From NCBI GenBank assembly GCA_964016885.1, contig OZ024741.1:73780001-73844000 (forward strand): a stretch of DNA of 64,000 nt, read 5' to 3'. Positions within the stretch are counted from its first letter, which is position 1; the number at the start of each line of letters is the position of its first letter. The notes under the pieces are model-generated. The model made no database searches, was not told the DNA's origin, and saw only the letters and a list, made by a program, of their open reading frames with translations. The DNA comes from Eledone cirrhosa (lineage: Eukaryota). Below, in pieces: positions 1-16,418 of the stretch. Position numbers and translations under genes: made by a program.

Positions 1-3000
1 TATGTGTACAGCATGTGTACAGTATGTGTACAGCATGTGTACAGTATGTGTACAGTATGTGTACAGTATGTGTACAGTATGTGTACAGTATGTGTACAGC
101 ATGTGTACAGCATGTGTACAGTATGTGTACAGCATGTGTACAGTACGTGTACAGTATGTGTAAAGTATGTGTACAGTATGTGTACAGCATGTGTACAGCA
201 TGTGTACAGTACGTGTACAGTATGTGTACAGCATGTGTACAGCATGTGTACAGTACGTGTACAGTATGTGTACAGCATGTGTACAGCATGTGTACAGCAT
301 ATGTACAGTATGTGTACAGCATTTGTACAGTATGTGTACAGCATGTGTACAGTATGTGTACAGTATGTGTACAGTATGTGTACAGCATGTGTACAGTACG
401 TGTACAGTATGTGTACAGCATGTGTACAGCATGTGTACAGCATATGTACAGTATGTGTACAGCATGTGTACAGTATGTGTACAGTATGTGTACAGCATGT
501 GTACAGTATGTGTACAGTATGTGTACAGCATGTGTACAGCATGTGTACAGTACGTGTACAGTATGTGTACAGTATGTGTACAGCATATGTACAGTATGTG
601 TACAGCATGTGTACAGTATGTGTACAGTATGTGTACAGCATGTGTACAGCATGTGTACAGTATGTGTACAGTATATGTACAGTATGTGTACAGTATGTGT
701 ACAGCATGTGTACAGTATGTGTACAGTATGTGTACAGCATGTGTACAGCATGTGTACAGTATGTGTACAGTATGTGTACAGCATGTGTACAGCATGTGTA
801 CAGTATGTGTACAGCATGTGTACAGTATGTGTACAGTATGTGTACAGCATGTGTACAGCATGTGTACAGTATGTGTACAGCATGTGTACAGTATGTGTAC
901 AGTATGTGTACAGCATGTGTACAGTATGTGTAAAGTATGTGTACAGCATGTGTACAGCATGTGTACAGCATGTGTACGACATGTGTACAGTAAGTGTACA
1001 GTATGTGTACAGCATGTGTACAGCATATGTACAGTATGTGTACGGCATGTGTACAGTATGTGTACAGTATGTGGACAGTATCTGTACAGCATGTGTACAG
1101 TATGTGTACAGTATGTGTACAGTATATGTACAGTATGTGTACGGCATGTGTACAGTATGTGTACAGCATGTGTACAGCATGTGTACAGTATGTGTACAGT
1201 ATGTGTACAGCATGTGTACAGCATGTGTACAGTATGTGTACAGCATGTGTACAGCATGTGTACAGCATGTGTACAGCATGTGTACAGTATGTGTACAGTA
1301 TGTGTACGGCATGTGTACAGTATGTGTACAGTATGTGTACAGCATGTGTACAGTATGTGTACAGGATGTGTACAGCATATGTACAGTATGTGTACGGCAT
1401 GTGTACAGTATGTGTACAGTATCTGTACAGCATGTGTACAGTATGTGTACAGTATGTGTACAGTATGTGTACAGTATGTGTACAGTATGTGTACAGCATG
1501 TGTACAGTATGTGTACAGTATGTGTACAGTATGTGTACAGTATGTGTACAGCATGTGTACAGTATGTGTACAGCATGTGTACAGTATATGTACAGTATGT
1601 GTACGGCATGTGTACAGTATATGTACAGTATGTGTACAGCATGTGTACAGCATGTGTACAGCATGTGTACAGTATATGTACAGTATGTGTACGGCATGTG
1701 TACAGTATGTGTACAGTATGTGTACAGCATGTGTACAGTACGTGTACAGTATGTGTAAAGTATGTGTACAGTATGTGTACAGCATGTGTACAGCATGTGT
1801 ACAGTATGTGTACAGTATGTGTACAGCATGTGTACAGTATATGTACAGTATGTGTACAGTATGTGTACAGTATGTGTACAGTATGTGTACAGTATGTGTA
1901 CAGCATGTGTACAGTATGTGTAAAGTATGTGTACAGTATGTGTACAGTATGTGTACAGTATGTGTACAGTATGTGTACAGTATGTGTACAGTATGTGTAC
2001 AGCATGTGTACAGCATGTGTACAGTACGTGTACAGTATGTGTACAGCATGTGTACAGCATGTGTACAGCATATGTATAGTATGTGTACAGCATGTGTACA
2101 GTATGTGTACAGCATGTGTACAGTATATGTACAGTATGTGTACAGCATGTGTACAGCATGTGTACAGCATGTGTACAGTATATGTACAGTATGTGTACGG
2201 CATGTGTACAGTATGTGTACAGCATGTGTACAGCATATGTATAGTATGTGTACAGCATGTGTACAGTATGTGTACAGTATGTGTACAGCATGTGTACAGT
2301 ATGTGTACAGCATGTGTACAGTATGTGTACAGCATGTGTACAGTATATGTACAGTATGTGTACAGTATGTGTACAGTATGTGTACAGTATGTGTACAGTA
2401 TGTGTACAGCATGTGTACAGCATGTGTACAGTACGTGTACAGTATGTGTACAGCATGTGTACAGCATGTGTACAGCATATGTATAGTATGTGTACATCAT
2501 GTGTACAGTATGTGTACAGCATGTGTACAGTATGTGTACAGTATGTGTACAGTATGTGTACAGTATGTGTACAGTATGTGTACAGTATGTGTACAGCATG
2601 TGTACAGCATGTGTACAGTACGTGTACAGTATGTGTACAGCATGTGTACAGCATGTGTACAGCATATGTATAGTATGTGTACAGCATGTGTACAGTATGT
2701 GTACAGCATGTGTACAGTATATGTACAGTATGTGTACAGCATGTGTACAGCATGTGTACAGCATGTGTACAGTATATGTACAGTATGTGTACGGCATGTG
2801 TACAGTATGTGTACAGTATGTGTACAGCATGTGTACAGCATGTGTACAGCATGTGTACAGTATGTGTACAGTATGTGTACAGCATGTGTACAGTACGTGT
2901 ACAGTATGTGTACAGTATGTGTACAGCATGTGTACAGTATGTGTACAGCATATGTACAGCATGTGTACAGTATGTGTACAGTATGTGTACAGCATGTGTA

Positions 3001-4671
3001 CAGTACGTGTACAGTATGTGTACAGTATGTGTACGGCATGTGTACAGTATGTGTACAGCATATGTACAGTATGTGTACAGTATGTGTACAGTATGTGTAC
3101 AGTATGTGTACAGTACGTGTACAGCATGTGTACAGTATGTGTACAGTATGTGTACAGTACGTGTACAGTATGTGTAAAGTATGTGTACAGTATGTGTACA
3201 GCATGTGTACAGCATGTGTACAGTATGTGTACAGTATGTGTACAGTATGTGTACAGTACGTGTACAGTATGTGTAAAGTATGTGTACAGTATGTGTACAG
3301 CATGTGTACAGCATGTGTACAGTATGTGTACAGTATGTGTACAGTATGTGTACAGTATGTGTAAAGTATGTGTACAGTATGTGTACAGCATGTGTACAGC
3401 ATGTGTACAGTATGTGTACAGTATGTGTAAAGTATGTGTACAGTATGTGTAAAGTATGTGTACAGCATGTGTACAGTATGTGTACAGTATGTGTACAGCA
3501 TGTGTACAGTATGTGTACAGCATGTGTACAGCATGTGTACAGTATGTGTACAGTATATGTACAGTATGTGTACAGCATGTGTACAGCATGTGTACAGTAT
3601 GTGTACAGTATATGTACAGTATGTGTACAGCATGTGTACAGCACATGTACAGCATGTGTACAGTATGTGTACAGCATATGTACAGCATGTGTACAGTATG
3701 TGTAAAGTATGTGTAAAGTATGTGTACAGTATGTGTATAGCATGTGTACAGCATGTGTACAGTATGTGTACAGTATGTGTACAGCATGTGTACAGCACAT
3801 GTACAGCATGTGTACAGTATGTGTACAGCATGTGTACAGTATGTGTACAGTATGTGTACAGTATGTGTACAGTATGTGTACAGTATGTGTACAGCATGTG
3901 TACAGCATGTGTACAGCATGTGTACAGTATGTGTAAAGTATGTGTAAAGTATGTGTACAGTATGTGTACATCATATGTACAGTATGTGTACAGTATGTGT
4001 ACAGTATGTGTACAGCATGTGTACAGTATGTGTAAAGTATGTGTACAGTATGTGTACAGCATGTGTACAGTATGTGTACAGTATGTGTACAGCATATGTA
4101 CAGTATGTGTATAGCATGTGTACAGTATGTGTACAGTATGTGTACAGCATGTGTACAGTATGTGTAAAGTATGTGTACAGCATGTGTACAGCATGTGTAC
4201 AGCATGTGTACGACATGTGTACAGTACGTGTACAGTATGTGTACAGTATGTGTACAGCATGTGTACAGTATGTGTAAAGTATGTGTACAGTATGTGTACA
4301 GCATGTGTACAGCATGTGTACAGCATATGTACAGTATGTGTACGGCATGTGTACAGTATGTGTACAGTATGTGTACAGCATGTGTACAGTATGTGTACAG
4401 TACGTGTACAGTATGTGTACAGCATGTGTACAGCATATGTACAGTATGTGTACAGCATATGTACAGCATGTGTACAGCATGTGTACGGCATGTGTACGGC
4501 ATGTGTACAGTATGTGTACAGTATGTGTACAGTATGTGTACAGTATGTGTACAGCATATGTACAGTATGTGTACGGCATGTGTACGGCATTTGTACAGTA
4601 TGTGTACAGTATGTGTACAGTATGTGTACAGTATGTGTACAGTATGTGTACAGTATGTGTACAGTATGTGT
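1..4671. repeat. 11-bp tandem satellite (YATGTGTACAG)n, about 425 units, running off the window start
   Basis: Continuous TATGTGTACAG/CATGTGTACAG units with rare variants (TAAAG, TACGG, TACGTG, TATATG). The long MCTVCVQYVYS ORFs are simply this unit translated. Confidence 0.99.
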
Positions 4672-4943
4672 CTGCTTGTGTGTGATGGGAATGTTGATGT
4701 GTATATTGGAAATGTGTGGGTTTTTTTGTTTGTTTTTTTGTCATAAAGCGGTGGAAAATCCAGTTTAAGGTCAATCACTTAATTATCTGACCAAGCAAGG
4801 GTTAATTTAGCTGTCAGTGATGATTTGAATGTGTCTGTTGTGTGTGTTTCTGCTTGTTTGTGTATGCGTGTGCTTGTCTGAACGTGTTTGTGAGTGTCTG
4901 TATGTAAGTTTCTAAGTGTTTGTATATGTGTATTTGTGAGTGT

Positions 4944-4946
<3 letters not shown>

Positions 4947-5021
<75 letters not shown>

Positions 5022-5082
5022 TTCACCCTCAGTCTCTCTCTCTCTCTCTCCCTCCCACTCTCTTTCTCTCTCTTTCTCTCTT
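4947..5082. repeat. (TC)n microsatellite
   Basis: Direct reading. Confidence 0.97.
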
Positions 5083-5218
5083 TGCGTGTGTGTGAATGCT
5101 TTCCAGCGTGTGGTTGCGAGTGTTTGAATGTGTGTTTGCGCGTTTCTTTATATGTATGTTAGTGAGTGTTTGAATATATTGTTTGCCCATGCCAGTATGT
5201 GTGTGTTTGTGAGTGCGT

Positions 5219-5269
<51 letters not shown>

Positions 5270-6225
5270 CATATGTATATACCTTTGTGAGCGTGTGTCT
5301 GTCGATATGTCTGTACTTGTGCATCTGTAGGTGCGTGTTTGCATGTATACATATGTGTGTGTATGTATGTGTGTATGTGTTTGTATGTATGTGGATGTGT
5401 ATGGGGGGGGTAAGCTCAATCAGTTAGCTGTCAAACCAAACCAATCACGTTTATTTTTTATATTTTTTTACAAACAATGCTTTCACTGCATAAGCAGCTT
5501 TATCCGCAACACGCACTTAATTTTATATACACACACAGACAACACTTACACACACACACACATACAAGCTACATACACATACAAACACTTAGACACACAA
5601 ACACAACTACATTCATACACAGACAAACATTTAAACTCACACAAACGCACCCATAAAAACACTCAAGTATGATAGACATTTAAATATAGGTAAACCTTGA
5701 AATGGGGCACAACGTTGGTAACCAGCTTTTAGTTGGTAAACCAACTTTCTGTCACGTACCTAGTTGTTACTCTTTATACTCCTCGTACTCTAATTGTGGA
5801 CACAGTACAGCCGAATGTTTGCTTCGTAATCATAAGATCCCGAGTTCGATCCCATTGCATGGTATCTTGAGCAAGAGTCATTTACCAAGATTGGAGATAT
5901 AATATTGTGCAAACGATCTACCAACTACAAACAAAATATTTGAGTACATGAAGGTTATGAAAAGATTCAAGAAGAGAATCTCCTAGCTGATTAATGGCTT
6001 TCTTTGCTTTCCATCTTTCTTTACCTTTTTTATGCTTATTTTGTCTCCTGTTGGACTTCCCTATTATTTTTGTTTTATTTTATTTCTATTTTGATTTTGA
6101 GTTTTATATTCACTTATCCCTCTCAATCTTGTTTTTTGGTTTCTCAAATGTAAGAAGTACTAGATTCTTCCCCTAGTCTGTCATGGCTTACTAGTTCTAT
6201 ACGGACGTTTAAATTGATTAAATGA

Positions 6226-6405
6226 ATAATTGTTCCTACTTTTAGCACAAGCCCAGCAATTATCCCAGTGCATTACTGGTACTTTATTTTATCGACCCTG
6301 TAAGCAAAGTTAACCTCGGCGGGATTTGAAATCAGACCGTAAAGGGACGTAACTCTATGCTGGAAAGCATGATGCCTGACCCTCTACCAATACTGCCAAT
6401 CCAAT
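6226..6405 (-). mobile_element. tRNA-derived SINE, family A (Meta-domain-like centre)
   Basis: Reverse complement of the copy at 11669-11857; contains GGTCGATAAAATAAAGTACCAG and a degenerate B box. Confidence 0.85.
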
Positions 6406-6589
6406 GATAAATAAATAAGTCAATACTGTAGCCCCGAGTCGATCCATGCCTTCTGAGTGAAATTATGTAGGCGGAAACTAAGTTTGTCGGATGGAATGTA
6501 TCTTAATGTATCTGAGGATTACATTAAGGTTACATATGTCCATGGAATACTCATCTAAAGTCTAAAGTCTGTCTTAAGCCAGAATGCTC

Positions 6590-6843
6590 GTTAGGACGGT
6601 GATTATCCCGGTTTCGTGGCGTGAAGCGACTCAGAGTACAAGACTCCCCCTGGACAAGAGGCCAGTCCATCGCAGAATTAAACCCCCTTCTATTACTGGA
6701 TCTCATTTTCAGATGAGTATACTGGAGCAACGTAAAATAAAGAGTTTTGCTCAAGAACACAACACGCAACCCACCCCAGGAATCGAACCCATGTCATTAT
6801 GATCGTAAGTCCAACACCCTTACCATTAGGTTACGCGCCTCCA
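6590..6843 (-). mobile_element. tRNA-derived SINE (family B head, GCGATGGACTGG..GTCCAGGGGGAG tail)
   Basis: Minus-strand head GGAGGCGCGTAACCTAATGGT, B box GGTTCGATTCC, then GTGTTCTTGAGCAA..TTTATTTTACGTTGCTCCAG. Lies head-to-head with the next SINE. Confidence 0.8.
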
Positions 6844-6860
6844 CTTACTTGCACTATTAT

Positions 6861-7187
6861 GAAGGCGCATGGCTTAGTGGTTAGAGCATTGTGCTTGCAA
6901 TTGAGAGGTTGTGAGTTCGATTCTCGGCCTGGATGATACATTGAGTCCTTGAGCAAGACACTTTATTTCACGTTGCTCCAGTCTACTCAGCTGTAGAAAT
7001 GAGTTGCGACGTCACTGGTGCCAAGCTGTATCGGTCGTTGCCTGGAACAACATCGGTGGCGTGGAGAGGGGAGACTGGTATGCATGAGCGACTGCTGGTC
7101 TTCCACAAACAACCTTGCCCAGACTTGTACCTCAGAGGGGGAACTTTCTAGGTACAAAACCATGGTCATTCGTGACCGAGTGGGGCC
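6861..7187 (+). mobile_element. tRNA-derived SINE, family B
   Basis: A box TGGCTTAGTGG, B box GAGTTCGATTC, and CCTTGAGCAAGACACTTTATTTCACGTTGCTCCAG shared with copies near 15.1, 39.7, 45.7 and 55.6 kb. Confidence 0.88.
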
Positions 7188-7470
7188 ACTAAGATTCTTA
7201 AGTACCTTTAATTCAAAAGCCAGTCATGTCACACACGGATTTCCGCTGAGAACTAAATAAAGGGCACATGTTTCCGTTGAATGCTCAGCTATCTGGACAT
7301 TCATTGCTCCTCGACAGCGACGGAAATCCATTCCATGTCAGTAATCACCATCTAAATAGACACTCACTGCTGGCTCTGAGAAAACCTTTCACATTCCTTT
7401 AAACTTATTTCACCACGGAAGCAGATTATTATATTTTCCCTAATGACACTCCAATGTAACAGCTTTGTCA

Positions 7471-9559
<2,089 letters not shown>

Positions 9560-9566
<7 letters not shown>

Positions 9567-10180
9567 CAAATAACGAAACGAAATTAAATTTCGTTTCGCT
9601 TCTAACTCACTTTTGTATGACTGTACATATGTATACATATGTGTATTTATATGCATACTAGTACTTCCGTATACATATGTAGATGTACACTTTAACTTAA
9701 TTGTTTAAGCGTCAGTCATACAAAAGTGAGTTAGAAGCGAAACGAAATTTAATTTCGTTTCGTTATTTGTTTTTATCGTTTCCGCTGAACCGGTGCGTAC
9801 AATGACTCACATTCTATGCAAATTAGTCTGCCCACTACTGATTTTCATAGAAAAAGCATATAACGATATGTGCTTTTACAATTCCCCGGAGAAGCCAGAA
9901 GATAGGTATATATTGCTGATGAGATGTAATAACATCGAAACTAGTCCAATGTTCCTGTCTGGCTCTCTGGAGAATAGAGAAAGTGTGTTTCCTTGAAAAC
10001 CCGTATGACTTTAAAACCCGGTTCGTCTGTGTGTTTACATACAGACTAGCTGGACACTCACTGTAAAGTGTCTAGTGAAAAGCTCGGTACATGTACATAT
10101 GTATACATATGTACATATGTGTATTTATATGCATACTAGTACTTCCGTATACATATGTAGATGTACACTTTAACTTAATT
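9560..10180 (+). mobile_element. Hammerhead-containing non-coding retroelement (retrozyme/PLE-derived): about 1.2 units of a 478-bp monomer with a 64-bp 5' inversion
   Basis: Inverted arms 9560-9623 and 9713-9776; direct repeat ~9624-9702 and ~10100-10180 (ATGCATACTAGT at 9651 and 10129); HHR at 9910-9952; flanked by (TA)n. Confidence 0.8.
9910..9952 (+). ncRNA. Type I minimal hammerhead ribozyme with canonical core
   Basis: ATATTG-CTGATGA-GATGT(AATA)ACATC-GAAA-CTAG-TC-CAATGT: 6-bp stem I with one GU, 5-bp stem II, palindromic CUAG loop III, GUC cleavage after 9946. Confidence 0.9.
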
Positions 10181-10229
10181 ATATATATATATATATACAT
10201 ATACATACACATACATATATATATAAATA

Positions 10230-10286
<57 letters not shown>

Positions 10287-10459
10287 TTGTGCAGTTATCT
10301 GGCAATATATCTCAATTCATATTAAAAATTGTCAATCCTTTATCTTTTAAGTGTCCTATAAATGGGTTGAAATAGTTCCATTGTTTTCTCTTTTCTTCTT
10401 TGCTGAAAAACGAAGTATGGCTTTCGAAATTTTCCCGAATTATCCTCATGTAATGGTTT

Positions 10460-11040
10460 ATTGTGAAAGGGGCGCGTTCCGATGGTCAAGCAGTCGATTT
10501 GCTGTCAACACTCGCTGAGAGTAATGCCGTGGCTGATGCTACACAAACATGCGCTGAGGTTACGACATCTCTATCTTTTCTTTAGCGGTGAGCAGGTGAG
10601 GTCGCCGTTCACTAGACACGTGTTTCCCCAGTTCGTCTCCTTGACGGGGCTGCAGTCCTGGGTCAAGTAGAAGAAGCGCTTGGAAACGGGAATGTCTTTA
10701 AGCGCTCACTACCCTCTACCAGTCGGGCTGCACGATCGACAGAAACTCCACCTTGGCGTTTTATAAAGGCCTAATGGCAAATGAAAACGACGATGTTCTT
10801 GCGGAAACTCTGGACATCGACAAAAATCAACTAGCCGCTCTTTTCGGGAGGATTTTTTTTCCAGAGCCTATGGATAATTTCCAAAAATCCCTGGCCTAGC
10901 AGCGCTACCGGGGAGCTTTCCAAGTTCGAGATAAACTCTACAGCCATGGAAGTACCGAAAGACGGGCCTGTCCGAGATGTGCGCAGGGTGATGAAACCGT
11001 ATTGCGGGGTCGATTTAATCGATTTTCGCCTCCCCTTCAA
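10460..11040 (+). pseudogene. Decayed Tx1/L1-clade LINE ORF2 C-terminal fragment
   Basis: VKQSICCQH..MPWLMLHKHALRLRHL matches LVRRSICCQH..MPWLLMRKHALRLRHL of the 35312-36247 ORF; stops and frameshifts present. Confidence 0.88.
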
Positions 11041-11237
11041 ATTGCTGGCATTGTCCTTATAGTAGAAACAATTATGATTGGAAGTGTTATAGCGATTTCA
11101 AGTCGAAGTTCCCACTACTAAAATTTCCTAGCTCGCATCATATTTATGCGTCTATCATCATCATGTGTGTGTATGTATGAAAGTCTACATTTGCGTCAGT
11201 GTGTCAGTTTATCTCTCTCTCTCTCTCCCTCTCTCTT

Positions 11238-11314
<77 letters not shown>

Positions 11315-11546
11315 GCAATAACTCTAACATAGCTTTGTATATGAAATATGTGAAGTTGTATATCTAGCGACATACGGTATGTATATAAATAAACATTTAG
11401 AAAGCCTTCAGCTATCGAATTGAAAACTGATAGCATAGTGCCATCTAGCGTATTCTAGATGGCGCTAAGTAAGGGCAACTGGGAATGATGACGTCATTAT
11501 TTCTGACTTCTGGTCATTATCAAACTGGTGGTTTCGATTGCTTACT

Positions 11547-11632
<86 letters not shown>

Positions 11633-11668
11633 TCTCTCTGTCTCTCTGTTTGTCTGTCTTTTTTTATA

Positions 11669-11857
11669 GTGGATTGGCAGTATCAGTAGAGGGTCGGACG
11701 CCATGCTTTGACGCATAGAGTTACGGCCCTTGCCAATCTGAGTTCAAATCCCGCCGCGGTTAACTTTACCTTTCATCCTTACGGGGTCGATAAAATAAAG
11801 TACCAGTAATGCACTGGGTTATTGCTGGCCTTGTGCCAAAAAGTAGAAACAATTATA
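11669..11857 (+). mobile_element. tRNA-derived SINE, family A, full length
   Basis: A-box-like TGGCAGTATCAG, B box GAGTTCAAATCC, central CCTTTCATCCTTACGGGGTCGATAAAATAAAGTACCAG (resembles the MetaSINE domain from memory), ATT tail. Confidence 0.9.
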
Positions 11858-12494
11858 TTATATATTGTTGTACGTACGGACTTTCATAGAATAAACCTCT
11901 TCAGAATATATTTGAAAAATTGAAATAGCTTATCAGTAAAGATATTTCCACCTTGTCTCTATGTGTGATGTATTTATCGTCGTCAACTTCCATTCCACCT
12001 ACCCTACAACGTAATTCTTACTATATTGTACTACTCCAACTGATAATATGTTTGTGTAGAGAAAAGGACATTATGAGAGGTCCGTCCACAGAACTGCTTG
12101 TCATCCCCGCCATCAAAATTCTCCCTTCCCCTCCTTCTCCCTTCCCTCCTCTTCATAATTATCATTATCATCGTCGTCGTTACAGTCCTGCTCATCATCA
12201 TCTTCATCGTCGTCATCGTTTACATCGTCGTCATCGTCACCGTCATATTCCTTGTCTTGGTTGTGTGTTTGGTGTAAAGTAAGTAAAATATTATCAACTT
12301 CTTGAAGATGAACTTTCTTTCATCTACCGGGTAAATAAACACAGGCTTAATAATCCAAGTGTCTAGCCGAATATGTGTATGTAGCTGTGTGTACGTGTGT
12401 GTATGTCTGTGTATGTATATATATATATATATATATATCGTACATATGAAACATATATTTCCAAATAAGAATATATACGCAAATTTACACACAG

Positions 12495-12538
<44 letters not shown>

Positions 12539-12551
12539 GTATATATATATA

Positions 12552-12650
<99 letters not shown>

Positions 12651-13320
12651 TTATGTAAACACATACTTATGATATTGAAGACATTACCCCCGAAGCCATT
12701 AAGATGAAAAGACGTCTGTATGTTTGGTCAGTATCATATCACCATATTTCACCGAAGAGGATATAGAGTATCTTACAAGGATAATATGACGAAGTGTTAG
12801 TGATAACGACTTCTTTAAAGATGGCTGATATAATGACTTGGTGAAGGTTTTTGCGCCTTGCCTGTTTGAAGACTTATATACCGTAAATTGTGACAGTTTA
12901 AGATGGATAACGTCGTATGAAACTGTAGCGGACGATTGGAGATTGTAGAGCTGGGCGTTTGGTATTCAATCAACACGTCTCTATGTTAAATGTATTTGAG
13001 AGGATCTATGTTTAGTTGTTGGTGGTGGTGACTATAATGATCCAAAAGCCTATAATCAAACACATTACAATCACGACCATTCCGTCCCTTTTATTCATAC
13101 ATAGTATATTTATGGCTACACTATTCACATGAGTGTCTCTCCATTTGTTATTGTTGTTGTTGTAACTGTTTAGCCCTTGGTCAGATCTGAACGAATAGAC
13201 TCTATAAACAAAGTCATTCTAGTCGTGAACATCACATCTTTTAACGTTTGTTGGACTATATTATCTAACGTGTTCTTTTAATTAAATCAAGACAATGTTG
13301 CATGGTTGATTGAGATTTAG

Positions 13321-13396
<76 letters not shown>

Positions 13397-14541
13397 TCTC
13401 TCTCTCTCTCTGGCAGATGAAGAAACAATGTAGAGGTTCCTATGTCCCATCGTATGTGTTTAGTTTAGTTGTAAAATGTAATCAGTAAAAAATAGTTGTG
13501 TTCATAAGGTTTATTAAGCTTAGCTTCAGTCAAATTATTCACTATGGATGCCTTTATGAGTTTGTTTTTAATATTTTATCTAAAATTATTCAATCATAAT
13601 TTTATGTAAGTTAAGCTCCAAACACGAGCTTAATGTTTATAGTTAATCCAAATACCTTCAATCATTATTTTATGTAAAAACCTTTGTTAAATTAAGCTTA
13701 ATAATAAAAAACTTAGTTATATTAATAAATCTCTCCAAATCCTTGATTATTTTCTAAATTATTTGACAATCATAGGCAGTATATTTCATTAGAAATATGG
13801 TAACGAAAAGGTTAAATTAGAGTTGAGAATTGCAAATGATAGCGTCAAAAGTTGCTAGCCGAAATGTTGGTGTACGCGTATATATATATTCTTTTTTATG
13901 GCTAAGTGATGAGTCTTGGTATTCTGGAATTTCACCTCTACACTCACAGTATAATCAGATAAGATTCATCATTTAGAGATAATAAAGAATATTTAACTCT
14001 ACTTCGGTACTGAGTGCACATTCTCACGTCTGTTAATATCATACGAATATATATATGGACGGATGAATGTATGTATGTATAATGATGTGTGCCTGTGAAA
14101 TACTCTTTCCTATATTATAGAGAAGGCCATGCTGACACAGATACCAACCTGTGGCAAAATGTATGGATTTATTAGACATATTGCGAGATATAATTGCTTG
14201 AACACGGAAATGTATGTGGTTGGAGAGAGGGATTGGATACAGTAGACATATAGAACAGTCGAGAGAAAGTGGGAGGAATAAAGAGTGAAATGATAGAAGA
14301 AAGAATGGAAGAAAAGAAGAAAAAGTTGGAAAGAAAGAAAGAGAAGGAAGAAACTAATAAAACAAAGAAACAAAAGGAGAAAATACGAAAAATTGTAAAA
14401 TTTATAATAAGTATTGAAAATGGAAAACAAAAAAGAAAATAGTAATAATACAATAAAATATCTGTGTAAAAATTGAAGACACAAAATGGCGTCTATGTGA
14501 ATTTGAGCGCTCCGAGATATTTGAGCAATAGTGTATATATC

Positions 14542-14925
14542 GTCTGATTAAGTAAGTATATAGTATATAACAACATCAATTATAGAAGCAACATCATTGA
14601 ACAAGGAAATCAAGAACTGCAACAACAACAATGACGACAACAATGACAACGACAACAACAACAACAAAGGCAATATTATGAAGACGATGAAAACAGCGAG
14701 GACGAAAGCGTCTGGTTAAGTAAGTATATAACAGCACCAACAATAGAAACAACATCATTGAACAAGGAAATCAAGAACAGCAGCTGCAGCAACAACAACA
14801 ACAACAGCAGCAATAACAACGGCAATGATGAAGAAAATAACGATAAAGGCAATTCTCAGACGACGATAGCAACAGCGATGACGGAAGTCTCTGATCAAGT
14901 AAGTATGTAACAACATCAACAATGT
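14542..14925. repeat. Diverged ~170-180-bp tandem duplication (about 2.2 copies) with (CAA)n cores
   Basis: GTCTGRTTAAGTAAGTATA..CAACATCATTGAACAAGGAAATCAAGAAC recurs near 14542 and 14710, and partially near 14890. Confidence 0.75.
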
Positions 14926-14984
14926 ATGTTGGTCGTCCGTCGGTTGCGATGATGGGCATTCTAGTTGTTCTAACAACAACGAAA

Positions 14985-15258
14985 GAATTTGCTCGTGAAA
15001 TTAACATGCAAGTGGCTGAGCATTTTACAGACAGGAGTAACTTTAGCTCAATTTTCAGGGAGATTTAGTGGGACATAGTATGTGACAAAGCTGGCTGGCC
15101 CTTTGAATATCAGGTACAACTCATTTTTGCCAGCTAAGTAAACTGAAGTAATGTGAAATAAAATGTCTTGTTCAAGGATACAACGTGCAGCTGTGAATTG
15201 AACTCACGACCTTACGATAGCAAGCTAAATAATCTAACCACCATTAGGCGATGTCCCT
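14985..15258 (-). mobile_element. tRNA-derived SINE, family B, diverged
   Basis: Reverse complement of GTGAGTTCAATTC..TCCTTGAACAAGACATTTTATTTCAC; tail shared with the 39725 and 55608 copies. Confidence 0.8.
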
Positions 15259-15328
15259 AAACATCAATAGTATACACACGTATATAACAACATTACTAAA
15301 CAAGTATATCAAGAACAACAACACCAAT

Positions 15329-15419
<91 letters not shown>

Positions 15420-15921
15420 AATACTAATACTACTACTACTGTTACTACTACAACCACTACTGCAATGATAAAGACAACACGAGGAAGACAACAACAGCAA
15501 TAACGAAACAATGGCGGCAAACGGTGGAAAAAAATAGAACAAAAATCTATTTCGATCAATGGAGCCATGTTTAAAAACTACTATGGAAGCTCAAGAGGGC
15601 AAAGAACAGCCGCTGGCAGGGTTCTTTCTTTTTTTGTTTCTTATGAGAACGGCAATCCTGTGTGTGTCTATCTGTGTGTGCGCGTGTGTGTGTGTTTGTA
15701 TGTAGCTTTGGATGTATAAATATGTATGTGTTGATATATGGTCATGTGTGTGTTTCTATACGCGTATTTGAGTATGTGCGTTTGTATGTATAGTCGTATA
15801 TGTATGTGTAGATGTATGATTAATTCTGGTGTGCGTGTATGTGCGCATGTGGTGATGTTCGCAGTTGTGGTAGTGGAAAGGGTCGACATACTGGTGGTAG
15901 TGATGAAGGTGATTGTGATGT

Positions 15922-15986
<65 letters not shown>

Positions 15987-16029
15987 AGTGATTATCATGG
16001 TCGCTCGGAAGATGGTGGTGGTTGTGATG

Positions 16030-16101
<72 letters not shown>

Positions 16102-16361
16102 AGGTTTGTTGTGACGCTAATGTTGATGACAGCATTGAAGATAATGGTTGTGACGACGATAGCGACAGCGAAGATGATGAATAAGAAGCACAATTCACCA
16201 AGACATAAGCACATTAACAAGAACAACAACATAATATCATACACTCACTTACACATGCAAGTGTAAGTGCACTCATCCATTCACATACACACACACATTC
16301 ATACACATATGCACAGACAGGCACGTGCACGCAAGCACTTAATGTCAGAGAAGTTCATGCA

Positions 16362-16416
<55 letters not shown>

Positions 16417-16418
<2 letters not shown>

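Noticed and set aside
4-4774. Very long Cys/Val/Tyr ORFs (up to 1065 aa)
   Set aside because: They are translations of the 11-bp satellite, open in nearly all frames, with no coding signal.
6861-6935. tRNA gene (also SINE heads at 11669, 45676, 55608)
   Set aside because: A and B boxes run straight into SINE bodies, with no complete cloverleaf or acceptor stem.
11861-11910. Minus-strand TATATT-CTGAAGA..GAAA..AATATA hammerhead candidate
   Set aside because: Stem II barely pairs and there is no NUH triplet; at best a decayed relic.
12660-13000. Complex sequence possibly coding (also 5885-5990 and 63410-63620)
   Set aside because: No recognisable motif or supportable splice structure by eye; a small host exon cannot be excluded without RNA-seq or BLASTX.
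14542-14925. Repeated AAGTAAGT as splice donors of tandem exons
   Set aside because: No matching acceptors or consistent frame; better explained as a CAA-rich duplication.
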